A stretch of DNA of 63,740 nucleotides, counting the filler, from Octopus bimaculoides (Eukaryota): NCBI RefSeq assembly GCF_001194135.2. It is 4 parts of 4 records of this genome, joined end to end, with 100 filler letters (N's around TTAATTAATTAA, not from the genome) between each part and the next. Parts side by side here need not be neighbours in the genome. Positions count along the whole stretch, not along the records: positions 33,485 to 62,486 come from NC_068988.1; 3 more parts are not named here. One strand, given 5' to 3'. The notes beneath the pieces were generated by a model. The model was not told where the DNA came from and did not search any database. It worked only from the letters and a program-made list of their open reading frames with translations. Positions 37,494 to 50,553 of the stretch are shown here, in pieces (within the stretch, counting starts at the first letter, position 1; each line of letters begins with the position of its first letter). The position numbers and the translations under genes are program-made.

Positions 37494-40400
37494 ATGCTTA
37501 TGTTTGGAACGTCTGAGAGTTGAGTTTCTAAACCAGCAAAGTTAGTACTGGGGGTCCGTGAACTAAATTCAAAATTTCATATCTGCCTGCCTGCACACAT
37601 TAAGGATAAGCATAATAAAATGGGTCTGTGGGAAAACAAAAGGGTTGGGAACCACTGTTCTAAACCATTACCAGTAACTTCAAATAGAAATTTTAAGCTC
37701 AACATCCAGTAGATCTATGGGTGAGGTGTTTGACCACCCTATTGGTTTTCAGGCAGTGTGTATTGACCATTGTATTTATTGTCTTCTATTCTTTTTAAAG
37801 ATAGTAGGGTGTAATATATCATGCCATTGACCACATGACTTATCAGTGTTATTAGTCTGCCAACATATGCAGCGAGATAAAAACTGCATACCTAACTTCT
37901 GATATAAAGTAACTAAAGACCTTTTGTCAAGGACCAAGTCAGTGGTCTAGTAACTTGAATTTTCAAATAAGTTATTTAGCAACCACAATTGAGTATTAGT
38001 TTAGGTTTTACATTTACAGACTCCCTATACAAAACCTTCATTCTACTCTGTCCTATATAAATTTCATTTTTAATTTTGGTTTTGTGGTGTGCAAATTATT
38101 ATTTCCAATCAGTTTCATTAATTATTCTTAAAGTTTGGAACATCAAAAAGCTTAGTTGGAAATTACTCTGTTGTTGGGAAAAAATTTTGAATTTGAGAGT
38201 TTTGAAATTTTTTTCAAAATCGGAGGATTCTGTAAAAAAAAAAAAAAAATTACAGGGGGAAAGGTTCCATTTACATATTCTCCATCAGGACACTTTTAAC
38301 TGTCCTGTATAATTAATCATTCAGCATTGACAGTACAGGTATAATGTCCAGCATAGCAAGGCATTTCATTTGGGTTTGATGTTTACAATAACACCATGTA
38401 TTAACTGTTAAGCTTTTTCAATGCAAATGATATTAACACCAATTAAAAAGAGATAAAAGAAACCTGGTCCTTGAATTCCATCATTTACTTGGTGGGCAAC
38501 CACATAATTGATGACATCAAAGAATACCAGTAATATATATGTGGTGTAAGTTCTTTTATTTATTCAGCTTTTTCTTTTGGAACTAAGTTGATGTCTATGA
38601 CAGTGGATAAAGACATTTTCATAGCAAAATGAAAGAGAAATTAAAAACTTAATGGACCTGGTGTAAGCAGTTGACTAACAGAAAGTAAAATATTTATGTT
38701 CACTGCAACAAAGACAAGTCCAGAGGAACCTGAATTTGACATGCAATTTCCAGTTGATGCCTCATATCTAAAAGTACCATTTTATATCGAAGACTATGGT
38801 CAGGTTCAATGAGTTGGCTGATGACTGCATATAATTTCTTGTGTAGGATGAATATATGTTTATATACACATGATTAGCATGGAAATTTCTAGTGTTTGAA
38901 ATGTTTATGATTCCATTTGCAAGTTTACCTAATTTTCACCAATTGTTCTGAATGGGGATCTGTAAACCATTGTAATGTTAAAAAGCTCAGGATGAAGCTA
39001 GAATCAATTTCATGTTAATATTTGCAATAAAATTTGCAATGTTATGCTTACTTTTACTTTTTCCAATAAAATTAAAATTTTCCAACTTCATGAACTATAC
39101 TACCTAAGACAAAAAACCCTAATTTTTCTATTTGAATTCAGTGTAATCCATGCCAGCATGGAAAATGGATGTTAAAGAATGATGTAATATACCCATTTAA
39201 TTTTAATTTATTTAATGTCTTTGTTCCTGTTGTTTCCAATTTCTTGAATAGGAAAGTATAATTCAGCTTTTGGAACTGGTGGCAACCAATATTCTTACTT
39301 TCATGATGAAGATGAAAGCACATTTCAGTTGGTAGATGCTTCAAAAGGACAGAAACCAAACTACCAGAGAGGTCGGCGTGCATTCCAACAGGTGCGGTGG
39401 TACTTTGATATTTGTCAAATATTGGTGTAGTGTTGGCTTTAATTCCTCTCTTCATAAGTTGAAAACTTACTGGGATCAGTGAAGTTAATTAGAGGAAATA
39501 TGTCCATGGAACACATGAAGATTTTCCTTCTTACTATCTTCATTGATGGGGGTTGATGTATACTTTGCAGGTCAGTGTATGTAGGTAGGGCGTCTAGATA
39601 TGGAGAGGAACACCAGAAGTGTTAAGTGATGGAGTTAACACAGTGAAGCCGATAGAAGTGAGAGTATAACAGGCTATTTTAGTAGTAATAGAAGAAACGG
39701 TTCTCTTTTCATATATTCTTTTATTCTTTTACTTGTTTCAGTCATTTGACTGTGGCCATGCTGGAGCACTGCCTTTAATCGAACAAATCGACCCCAGGAC
39801 TTAATCTTTGTAAGCCTAGTACTTAAAATTCTATCGGTCTGTTTTGCCAAACCGCTAAGTTACAGGGACATAAACACACCATCATGACTGTCAAGTGATG
39901 GCTGGGGGACAAACACATACACACACTTGCATATATATCTATATAAGGGTGTGGGTATTCTTGCGGAAAATGGGTTAAGGTAATCGAGGTAGTCAGTCTG
40001 CGATAGAATACTTAAGATTAAATTAGTGCTACATCATGAGTTAGCAACCATTATCTCTACCTATGCCCCTCAGCCAGGGCGACCTGATGGATAGAAAAAC
40101 CGATTTTATGACACCCTCTTGCTGACTACCTCGTTGATGAATGACAGGGTGCCCCGGTCCCGTATTTAGTGGTCAATGAGGAAACTAGAGATAGATGAAT
40201 GGTTAGCAAGAGCTGTGCAAGCCATGTACAGGGATGCAATCAGTAAGGTGAGGGTTGACAATGAGTACAGTGAAGAATTCCAGGTAGGAGCCCATCAAGG
40301 TTCAGTCCTCAGCCCCCTCCTATTCATCATAGTCCTCCAGGCAATAACAGAGGAATTCAAGACAGGATGCCCCTGGGAGCTCCTTTATGCTGATGACCTT

Positions 40401-43400
40401 GCTCTAATTGCTGAGTCGCTATCAGAACTAGAGAAGTTTCAGATGTGGAAGCAAGGATTAGAATCGAGGGCGTTAGAGTCAACCTAGCTAAAACCAATGT
40501 CCTAATAAGTAGGAAGGGAGACAAACCACAAATCCCTTCAGGTAGATGGCCCTGCTCAACCTGTAAAAAAAAGTGTAGGGAGAAACTCCATAAGATGTAC
40601 CCAGTGTAAGCTATGGACAAATAAGAAGTGCGACAATATCAAAGGAAGGCTAACTGTGAAGATAGTTTTTGTATGTGGCAAATGCTCAGGAGCAATAAAC
40701 ACTGAAAATGTGCAGAGAACAGCTTCTGTCACATTCCAGGGCGAAAAACTAGTAGTAGTTGATAGCTTCTGCTATCTGGGTGACCAAGTTAGTAGCCGGG
40801 GTGGATGCTCTGAAAGTGTAGCTGCTTGAATAAGAATAGCCTGAGCAAAGTTCAGTGAGTTCCTACTTCTGCTGGTGACAAAGGGCACCAATCAAGCGTG
40901 ATTATTGCCAGTGTCGCCTTACTGGTATGTGAAAAACAACATTCAAGCATGGTTGTTGCCAGTGTCACTGGACTGACTCCTGTGTAGGTGGCACGTAAAA
41001 AGCACCATTTGAGCGTGGTTGTTACCAGTACTGCCTGACTGGCCCTCATGCCAGTGGCATGTAAAAGCACCCACTACACTCTCGGAGTGGTTGGTGTTTG
41101 GAAGGCACCCAGCTGTAGAAACTTTGTCAGATCAGATTGGAGCCTGGTGCAGCCTTCTGGCTTGCCAGTCCTCAGTCAAACTGTCCAACCTATGCCTCGG
41201 GAGCCAGTCAGCGGCCCTGGCAACGATCACGCTTGGATGGTGCTTTTAATGTTCCACTGGCACAAGTGCCAATCAGGCGGTACTGTCATAGAAAGCGGAT
41301 GTTAAATGATGATATGATGGCCTTCTTTCAGTTTCTGTCTGTCAAATCCTCTCAGAAGGCTTTGGTCGGTCTAAGGCTATAGAAGAAGACACTTACCCAA
41401 AGTGCCACACAGTGGGATTGAACCCAGAACCATGTGGTTGGGAAGCAAGCTTCTTACCACACAGCCACATGTAGTCAATATTTTTCTTTTAGGTAACTTA
41501 CTGAAATTAGGTGAAAATTTTCAAACTTGCTTTATTGATGTAATTTTTCATGCTGAATCTGATGTTCACTTGTTCTAGAAGAATTTTTTTTTAATGTTAC
41601 AAAAGTTAAAATTTGGATTATTTTTACCTAACAAGATTTGGAAGCAATATATTATGATGATGAAAGTTTTGAAGTTTTAATAAGTTTAAATGAGTTAAGT
41701 CATGTGAAATGTTGGAACAGGCAATATAAAAAGAAAATATCTTCAATGAAATTTTTTTCTTTTTTTGCTAAAAATACAAAGAAACTATGTTAGATTAAAA
41801 AAAAAAAAAAGAACTGTACATTATACTATTGTAGTTCAGTTCATGTAAACAATATCAGAAATTCAGAAATGAAAGTTTGAGTTACACTAGGGTTGAGTTA
41901 GGGTTTAGAGTGTTAGAATTGCGGTTTAGGGTTTAAGGTTGGTGTTTATGGTCAGTCTAACTACTGGATGACATGGGGTTAATCAATTAGTAAGATACTT
42001 TTAGTGAACATTTTTCTAAAATTTTTCTGGAACAAGTGAATAACAAAATCAAATTCAATATGAAAGATATTGCCTCAATATACCAAATTTGAAAAAAAAA
42101 AATGTTTTTGTAGCAAAAATTCAAGAATGAAAGTTCACAATGCAGGTATGTAGTTGTATTTTTAAGCAGACAACAGCTTGGTTTGTTACCATGGAAACAG
42201 GCATCACTGTGATTGTGGTTTACCATTGACTAAAATTACCCAAAATTTTCAAATTTTGAAAGTTATTAACTTTTTATTTATTAATTTACATCAAAAATGA
42301 ATTTCATTTCCGTAATTAGTATACAATACTACCATCAATGCACCAAATTTGGAATCAACTGGAACAAAGTTAAAGGAATGGAAAATGAAAGCCAAACAGA
42401 AAAAGACTCCCAAATACCTTGTTATGTTCTGAGTTCAAATTCTGCAAGAGTTAACTACTAGGATCAATTGAATGTGTGGCCATGTAAAATTGTAGTAATT
42501 TTTTAACATGCTACTACTACTTTTGCCACTGCATTTAGCTATAGGTGCAGTATTAATTCTAACAGATTGCTGCTACAACAATTATCAAGCTTTTTATTAC
42601 TGATAATGTAGTTGCTTCTAGACTGTTAGCTTGAGTGTTGGGAATGGAAATCTCAACTACCCTAATTTGAGAATTTCTTCTTAATATTGTATTGTAGAAT
42701 GTGAAAACTACCCCTTCTCAATACTATACCCCCATTCATTTGAGGGTTCTTGTCTTGTGAGTTATTTGGTAACATCACTAATGCAAGTGTCACGAAAAAG
42801 TATCCAGTTCACTCTGTAAAGTAGCTGATGTTTGGAAGCACATCCAGCTGAAGAAATCATGCCAAAGCATTGGGTTTGGTCAATACGGTCGACTAGTCCC
42901 CTCCCCACAAATTTCAGGCCTTGTGCCTTTAGTAGAAAGAATTATTATTATTATTACTTGTAGTGATGGTGGATTGACAGAATTAGAGCATAGGATAAAA
43001 TGTCCTGCAGTATTTGTTCATGCTCCTTACATTTTGAATTCAAATCCTGCCGAGGTCAACTTTGCCTTTCATCCTTTTGAGGTCGATAAAATAAAGTACC
43101 AGTCAAGTATTGGGGTCGATGTAATCGACTAATCCCCTCCCCTCAAAATTGCTGGCTTTGTGCCTAAATCAGAAACAATTATTATTACTTGTAGCATAAA
43201 CAGCGAAGAGAGAGAGAGAGGCGCCAGCAACAGGCTTCTCTTAATATGCAAACTCTGTCGAAAACCCAAAAAAGTCGTGAAAGGTAAGAAGTTATTTTAA
43301 CATACTGTCTGTTTTGATTTCTAAAATGATTATATTATCTATAATTATCAATACATGTTTCAGTACTTTTTTGTAGTCAACTCTGATTAGTTTCATTTGT

Positions 43401-46400
43401 ATTCAACTACTTTTCCCTTCTTTTACTTCTGCTCATTAAAAGCTTACAAGCTTTTACCACCCAGATCTCATCTCCAATGTTGATATATCCTACTTAGACT
43501 AGTTCTCATACAGCTATACGTTGAAGAAATATCTTCCTCATGAATGGTCAGTGTATTGTAATGAGACTTGCATATGAATTGGGGTACGTGGGGTAAAGTG
43601 TTGTGCTCAGACACTCAGCTACTTGACAAGAGACTTGGCCCTCTATTTTATAAATGGGTAGTGATGTTGACATATATTCCTTGGTTTATTAACAAATAGA
43701 GACATATATTCATTAGTTTATTAAAAAATGTAACTAAAGATTGTTTGGCTTATTAAGGAATATAACAATATATATGGTACTGGAAGTTCTTTCCCAAATA
43801 ATGATTTTGACTTTATTCTTGTAGGGATCGTCAGAGACAGCTACGGAAATGGCAGAAGCAGTTTGGAAAAAGGTTGCAGGAAAATAAGCAGAAGGTAAGC
43901 TTTAGCATTTGTAAATAAATCTTGAATTGTTAATGTCTCTGTTGTTTGAGAAAATATTTAACTTTGAACATCCTGTTGGAAAGTTTCTAAGCCAAAGCTC
44001 AGTCTTGTAATCATTGAGCAGAAAATAACTAAGAATGGGTTAGTTTATTCAAATGTCTATAGTGTATTTACTTGTGGTCAGAGTACTATGAAAATTGCTA
44101 GTGTTGCAGAAAAGATTTAGTTTATTTTAATATAAATAATAATTTGTACTAAAAATAATCTTATGTATGTGTGGTTGTTAGTGACATAACTAAAAAGCAG
44201 ATACACTCTTAAAGAAAGCGTAAAGAAAGATGTTTGTAATAAATGCAATTATTAATAATTCATGGACATACAAACATCATACAAAAAAATGTTTTCTTTG
44301 ACCCTTTTGCAGCCTATTATGAAATTTACAGGTAATCTGAGTTTCACCCTCAGAAATAACATATCCAGGTATGCATGAATTTGATCAACATATCTGCTCC
44401 TTTTTTTCACGTACAAGTTATGCAATAATACCGATCAAAACTCCTTGAAAAATATTCAGCAGATTTCACATCAAGTCTTTAAGGTATTTTTGGACCAATG
44501 ATACTTGCAAAAGGTTCAGTATCCAATCATTCTTCAAGTAATCTTTTGTTCAAATCAATTTGAGGGAAAATCTGATCACAACCTTCTATTTGTATGAAAA
44601 AAATAAATAAATATATCACTCTGGTTATCATCTCAAAATCCTTGTCTACCATAAATCCATCAATTAATCAAAGTAGCCACTCAAAGAATGATTAGTGAAC
44701 ATTTTAACTCAAACTTTCATTTTTGAATTTCCACTATTATTTACATGAGCTGAACTACAATAGTATAACATACATGGTGATGTGTAGACATGTTCAAGAT
44801 GTTAAGAGTTAATAGAATGTTCTGGTTTGTTTTTCATGTTTAAGCAGCTTTCCACAGTAGATTTACATTTTGGCTTTGCTCTTTCTGTTATGTAATTTTA
44901 CTATTGTGATTTAATGGTGGTCTTATTTCAGTTTTTAGAAGTGGTGCATCTTTTGTTACACCCCTTTATATTTTCTATTCAACTCTTGACAATGTTGTCT
45001 ATTATTACATCCATACTGTGTAACCATGTATTATTGTAAACCTATTTAATCAAGTTAGTTATCATTTCAGTATCATTTCTCAATTTGAATGTGTAAGTCA
45101 AATTGAATCTAACTACAAAGTTTTATTATGCACATCTTGTGTTATGTCATAGACCTCAATACTGCAAACTGTCCAACCCATGCCTATATGGAAGGTGGAT
45201 ATTAAACAATGATAATGATGATACACACACACGGTGTTTGGGATAAATTTGACTTTGCATAAAAGAAAAGAAAATCTCAATATCCCATCCAAAAATAAAG
45301 CATTTTAAAAGTCAGAAAATATCAACTAGATTATGGCTATTCAAAGGAGTCACCCTCAGCTTCCACCAAGGCCTTAAGAGAGCTTCAGCACCTGGCGCAT
45401 GTGTTCCTCACTGTCCCTGGGAAGGTTTTTGAATACCTCCCTCATTTTGGACAGATCTTGTAGGCAGAGTGATTTGTGTCTTTCAGTTGCACCCCTTGCA
45501 TAGTAAGCCATGGGATTAGAATCTGGATTTAGGAAGCTAAAAATTGGGGCTGGTGAAGTCATAGAGATTCTTCAACAACTGCTTCTGACTCTTTCCAGAG
45601 GTATGCCAAGAAGCTGAATCCTGCTGCCATACATATGCCCTTCCAGCAGTAACCCTCTCCAGCCAGGGTTTGACCACAGTCTCCAGCAGCTTCACATGTC
45701 CGTCTGAATTGAGCCTAAGTTTCTGTTCAAACAAGTGGGGTGGCATGACGTCACTCACAGGAGACACATCCAATGACCATCACAGTTTGGGGGGAACATG
45801 GTTTTCATGATATGTGGAACATCACATGGATTGTCAGTAAGACAAATGGGTGTTGCGCAACTGGTCCTGGCATAAGTTCTCATCTGAGAAGAACCAAATT
45901 ATCCTTGGCTAAAAAGGATTCCTCAGCTTGTTCAGAAGCTTCTTTTCCTTTATCGAGCACTTCTCCTTGGCTGTCAAAATTTGTCCCTTGTACTTCTTGT
46001 ACAAGTTGTTGTGAATGTCCTCATTCAGAACCAGCTTCATAGTGGCAACTTCAATACCCATCTCTCTCACCAAAGCCCAGATTACTTGGATCTTCCATCA
46101 GCTTGTCCTGCAGTAGTTGGATGAATTTTGGTGTCAGAATGCCTACTTTGTCCCTTCCTGTTACAGCTGTCCATGTTGCATCTTATAGCCTTTACAGTGT
46201 TCACAAAACATTGAGCAACAATCATGATGTTGGCATTTTGATACCTGGTGCGAATCATCATGATACAGGTAACTCTTTTTCAATACTTGGATGGCTTTCT
46301 AGTCCTCTATGTCAATTAACTTTTACTCAACTGCAACTTTAATCTGTGCTCGCTAATGCCATTGACTGTTTACCAATACATTGAGCTGTTCCTGATAGAA

Positions 46401-49400
46401 GGACATAAAATATCAAACTTAGCTGGACACCTTTTGTGTGTGTGTGTGTATACACACACACACACACTCACACGAGTGAGTGGACAAACAAAAGAAAGGG
46501 CACTCAATGCATTTATTTGGAGTTAATGTATGGATCAAAACAGTTTGATTCGGATTCCATGCTACTTAAATTTCCAAGCTTGTGGAGATGTGTGTGTGTG
46601 TATATATACATACATGCACACACACAGTAATGCCTTGATATACAAGTTAGTTTGTTCCTGGAGACCACTCATAAAGTGAAAACTTGTAAAGCAAAGCAAT
46701 AATTTCCCATAGTAGCAATGTCATAACTCGTAATTCATCCCCAGAAAAGTATTTTACCTATAAAATTTATAATATTCTTAGATAAATGGCAATAAAACAG
46801 TAGAATGTGAAGAATATTTTATGTAAAGTTTAAAGAATGTCAAGCTCATTTATAATAAATATATATTATTATAATTGTTTTCTGAATCACTTGCACTAGA
46901 CTCGCGCACACCATCAATTGTAGACGCAGTCGCTAACTCACAAGGACTCATAGACGGATTTGTAGATTTCTTTATAAAAAAAAAATTTAGGGATATTTGC
47001 TTAGAAGAAGCTTTTTTTTGCTCTCTATAAATTTCTCAGTAACACGCAGAAGCATTTGTTATGGTCATAGAAACTTTTGCACTTCATTCAAAATTTAAAT
47101 CTTGTGCTTGGAAAGTTTCCAAGGCTTTATCCAAATGTCGAAATGTTTCTGCAAGTTCTTTCAACATGAAAACATTAACTGACGTTTCATCAGCTGTGAC
47201 CTTTTCCTCTTCTATTGTTGCCTGCTCTTGCATTACAATGCCTTTGTTGGTGAGTTTGTCATTATGTGATTGAAGCAGCTCGCCTACAAGATTTGCCAGC
47301 ATGTTCAGATTCAGTTCATTTGCCAGGTTTACAGTTTCTTCTGTTTTTGTACATTTTCGTGTGATTCAAGACCCTCAAAATCATTAAGAAACTGAGGGTA
47401 AAATTTTTCCAAATGATGTTGCCACATACACAAAATGGCTTTTTTATATTATAAAATAAGCTCAAAAACTCTGAGTCTCATAAAGTGGGTCCTTGTAATG
47501 TGAGGTATTATTGTGTGCATGTGTCTGTACATGCACTCATACATCTGCAAAAACTCATACATGCATATGCGTACATGCACACATACACCCACATATGCAC
47601 ATATACACACATACAAGTTTGTATGCCCACTCCCTTAACCATCGACCCAGTCACACTGCTACGACCCATTTCCTGTTCAACCATGTGGTCCTTTTCTCAA
47701 GGAACAGCTGTCATTTCACTTTCAATACTAATAATGTGAGATCATATGACTTTTCTTAACCAACTACAGTCTATCTGCCGGTAGCCATCTTAGACTTCCT
47801 GCACCTCCATGTTTATTTGAATTTCCACTGGCCTGGCGAAAAGTCCTGTTAAGGGCTTGGAATCTAAGTAGCATGGAATCTGAATCAAACTGTTTTAATC
47901 CCATTTGTATGGGATATCCATACAAATGACCAGCTGCACACAGGCATGTTCATTTACAAAGAAAACTTCCATTTTTGTGAGGTCCTTTCTTAATAAGACT
48001 AAAAATGGCTTTACTGAGTGTAAATAGGAGCTAAAGTTGGTAGACAACTGAATTAGAATTAGTTATAAATCTTCATGTTCTGTGTTCAAATCTCACAGAG
48101 GTGAACTTCACTTTTCATTCTTCCAGAGTTGTTATCAGAACTTGACTGTTTCCTCCTACCAAATTGTGACATTCTCACTGTTCCCTCTTACCAAAGTGTG
48201 GCTGTTCTCTTCTACCAGCTTGTGACATAGGAAATGTTAAATAACAAGAAATTACAATGCTGGGTTTCTGCATTATTCCTCCCCACCACTAAAATTTCCC
48301 ATTTTGTGCTCCTTTCTCCAACTTCACACCCATTGACTGACCTCTTCATTCCTACATCTTGGACTCCCCTCTATCTCTTTGTGTTTATTTTTCAACTTAT
48401 TACTTTCAGGCACCTGTTAAAAACCGAGATGCTTCAGTGCAAGTGCGTGAAACCTGGCAAGTAGTTGAAGATATGGACTTCCCAAGACTTAGCAAACTCA
48501 GTTTACCTGGAATTGAACCACCTGAAGACTTGTGAGTAATAAATTGGAAAGATATCTTTCAAATAGTTTTGGTATTGGCTTTATTACTGAGCACTAATTC
48601 TTTCTTGCAGGTATTGATAGTTGATTTCTCATAATTTGAGAACATTTCATTACAATTTCTTGTATCACAACTTTTATAGTTTTATGTAGTTGCTTATGGA
48701 GAGATTTTAATTCAGTATTGAATTACTTCAAGTAGTAGTGCTCTACATTGATGTGAAAGATATATGGCTGCTTTGAAATTGCAAATTGTCTGGCATGGAT
48801 GATATACCTGCTGAGCTGTTGAAGCATGATAGGGAAGAGGTTGTACAATATCTGACACATTTTGTTTAGCAGCAGAGAGATCTACCAGATGATTGGGGGC
48901 ATGGAATGATGGTAACACTATCGCCCCAAAAAGGTAATCTGACAGGCAACTGACATGGTATTTAACTGTTATCTGTTCTTTGCAGCTTCCTGCTGAATAG
49001 ATTGAAGAAGATCGTTGATGTGTTGAGAGAGGAGCAGGCAGGTTTTCAGAGTGGCAGGTCCTGTATGGAACAGATCTTGTATGAAGGAATATAATTGAGC
49101 AAAGCAAAGCACGTAGAGTACAGCTGCTTATTAATTTCATTGACTTTAAAAAAGCATTTAATAGTGTTGACCGAGATACATTCCAGAATAGCTTGGGAGT
49201 CTATGGGGTCTCTAGCAGATGTTTCAACATCTTTAAGTTACTATATAGGAACTTGCAGTGTTCTGTGAAGATGAGCAGCAGAACCACTGACATGTTTGAA
49301 ATTGCTGCTAGAGTGGGACAATGTTGCATTTTGTTGCCATTTCTGTTCCTGATAGTGCTAGAGTTCATCATGTGGAAAGCAATGGATAGCACCAGTTTTG

Positions 49401-50520
49401 GAATAACATGGGGATTAAGCAAAATAACATTTGGATTCACAGATGACTTGACATTACTAAGCTTCAACAGAGATATGCTGCAGTCCATGACAGATAGACC
49501 ATACAGTTTGAGGGCAAAAGATCTGTACTGAAAAGACCGAAGCCATATGAATTGGTGGAACCCAAGCACAACTTGTCTGTCTCAAACTATATGAAATTGA
49601 GTACATCAATAAGTTTACATATCTCAGTGGCTGTATTTCAAATGAGGTAAAGCAATGTTAGTATTCCAATGTTTTTGTCCAGTATGGAGATCAAAGACTA
49701 TCAGTAGGAAGATAAAGCTGCAGCTATACTCATCTATTATACCAACAGCCATTTACGCCCATGAAACCTGGAAGAAGAGAGCGAAGATTTCCCAATTGCT
49801 AAACACATTCCATCAATGCTGCCTACATTCAATCCTGGGCATGTCTTTGCAGGACAGAGTGCTAAATGAAAAGTTGATAAGAGCTAGCATGGGAAGTTTA
49901 CAGGATATAGTGACTGAGCAGTGGATATAATTTACTGGCCATGTGCTTTTATTACTGCAGGAGAAATATTCTATCATCATGATGGAGTGGATGCCAGAAT
50001 GAGGAAAAAGACCATGTAGAAGACCAAAGGAGATGTGCTGCTGCATATTCTGGAACAACATTATAGCAATAGAAGTCTGCTCTAATGGAGCTAAGAGAAA
50101 AGCAAGCACTGTCTGCCCATTGTGCTAATGGCACTGGAGGATCTAAGGGAGAATCTTGCTGTCTACATTGATATTATATATCAACCATCATCATCATTTA
50201 TTGTCTGCTTTCCATACTGTCATGGGTTAGATGGTTTGACTGAGACTGGTAAGTTGTAGGGCTACACCAGGTTCCAATCTAATTTGGCGTGGTTTCTATA
50301 GCTGGCTGCCCATTCCAAGAATGTAATGGGGATTCAACAAAAATTTGGCTGCTTTTCCAGTAGGCTGAGGAATACCATAGGGGCTACGATCACTTCAGTA
50401 CCTGTTCAGACAATGTCGATTTGATGGATGGAGTGAGCTAATGTGTGGCAAACAAACCATTTGTGCAGGTCATTTGGCAAAAGCTAAATGCTCATAGGGT
50501 GTCTTTGATAGGAGAGTTCA

Positions 50521-50553
<33 letters not shown>

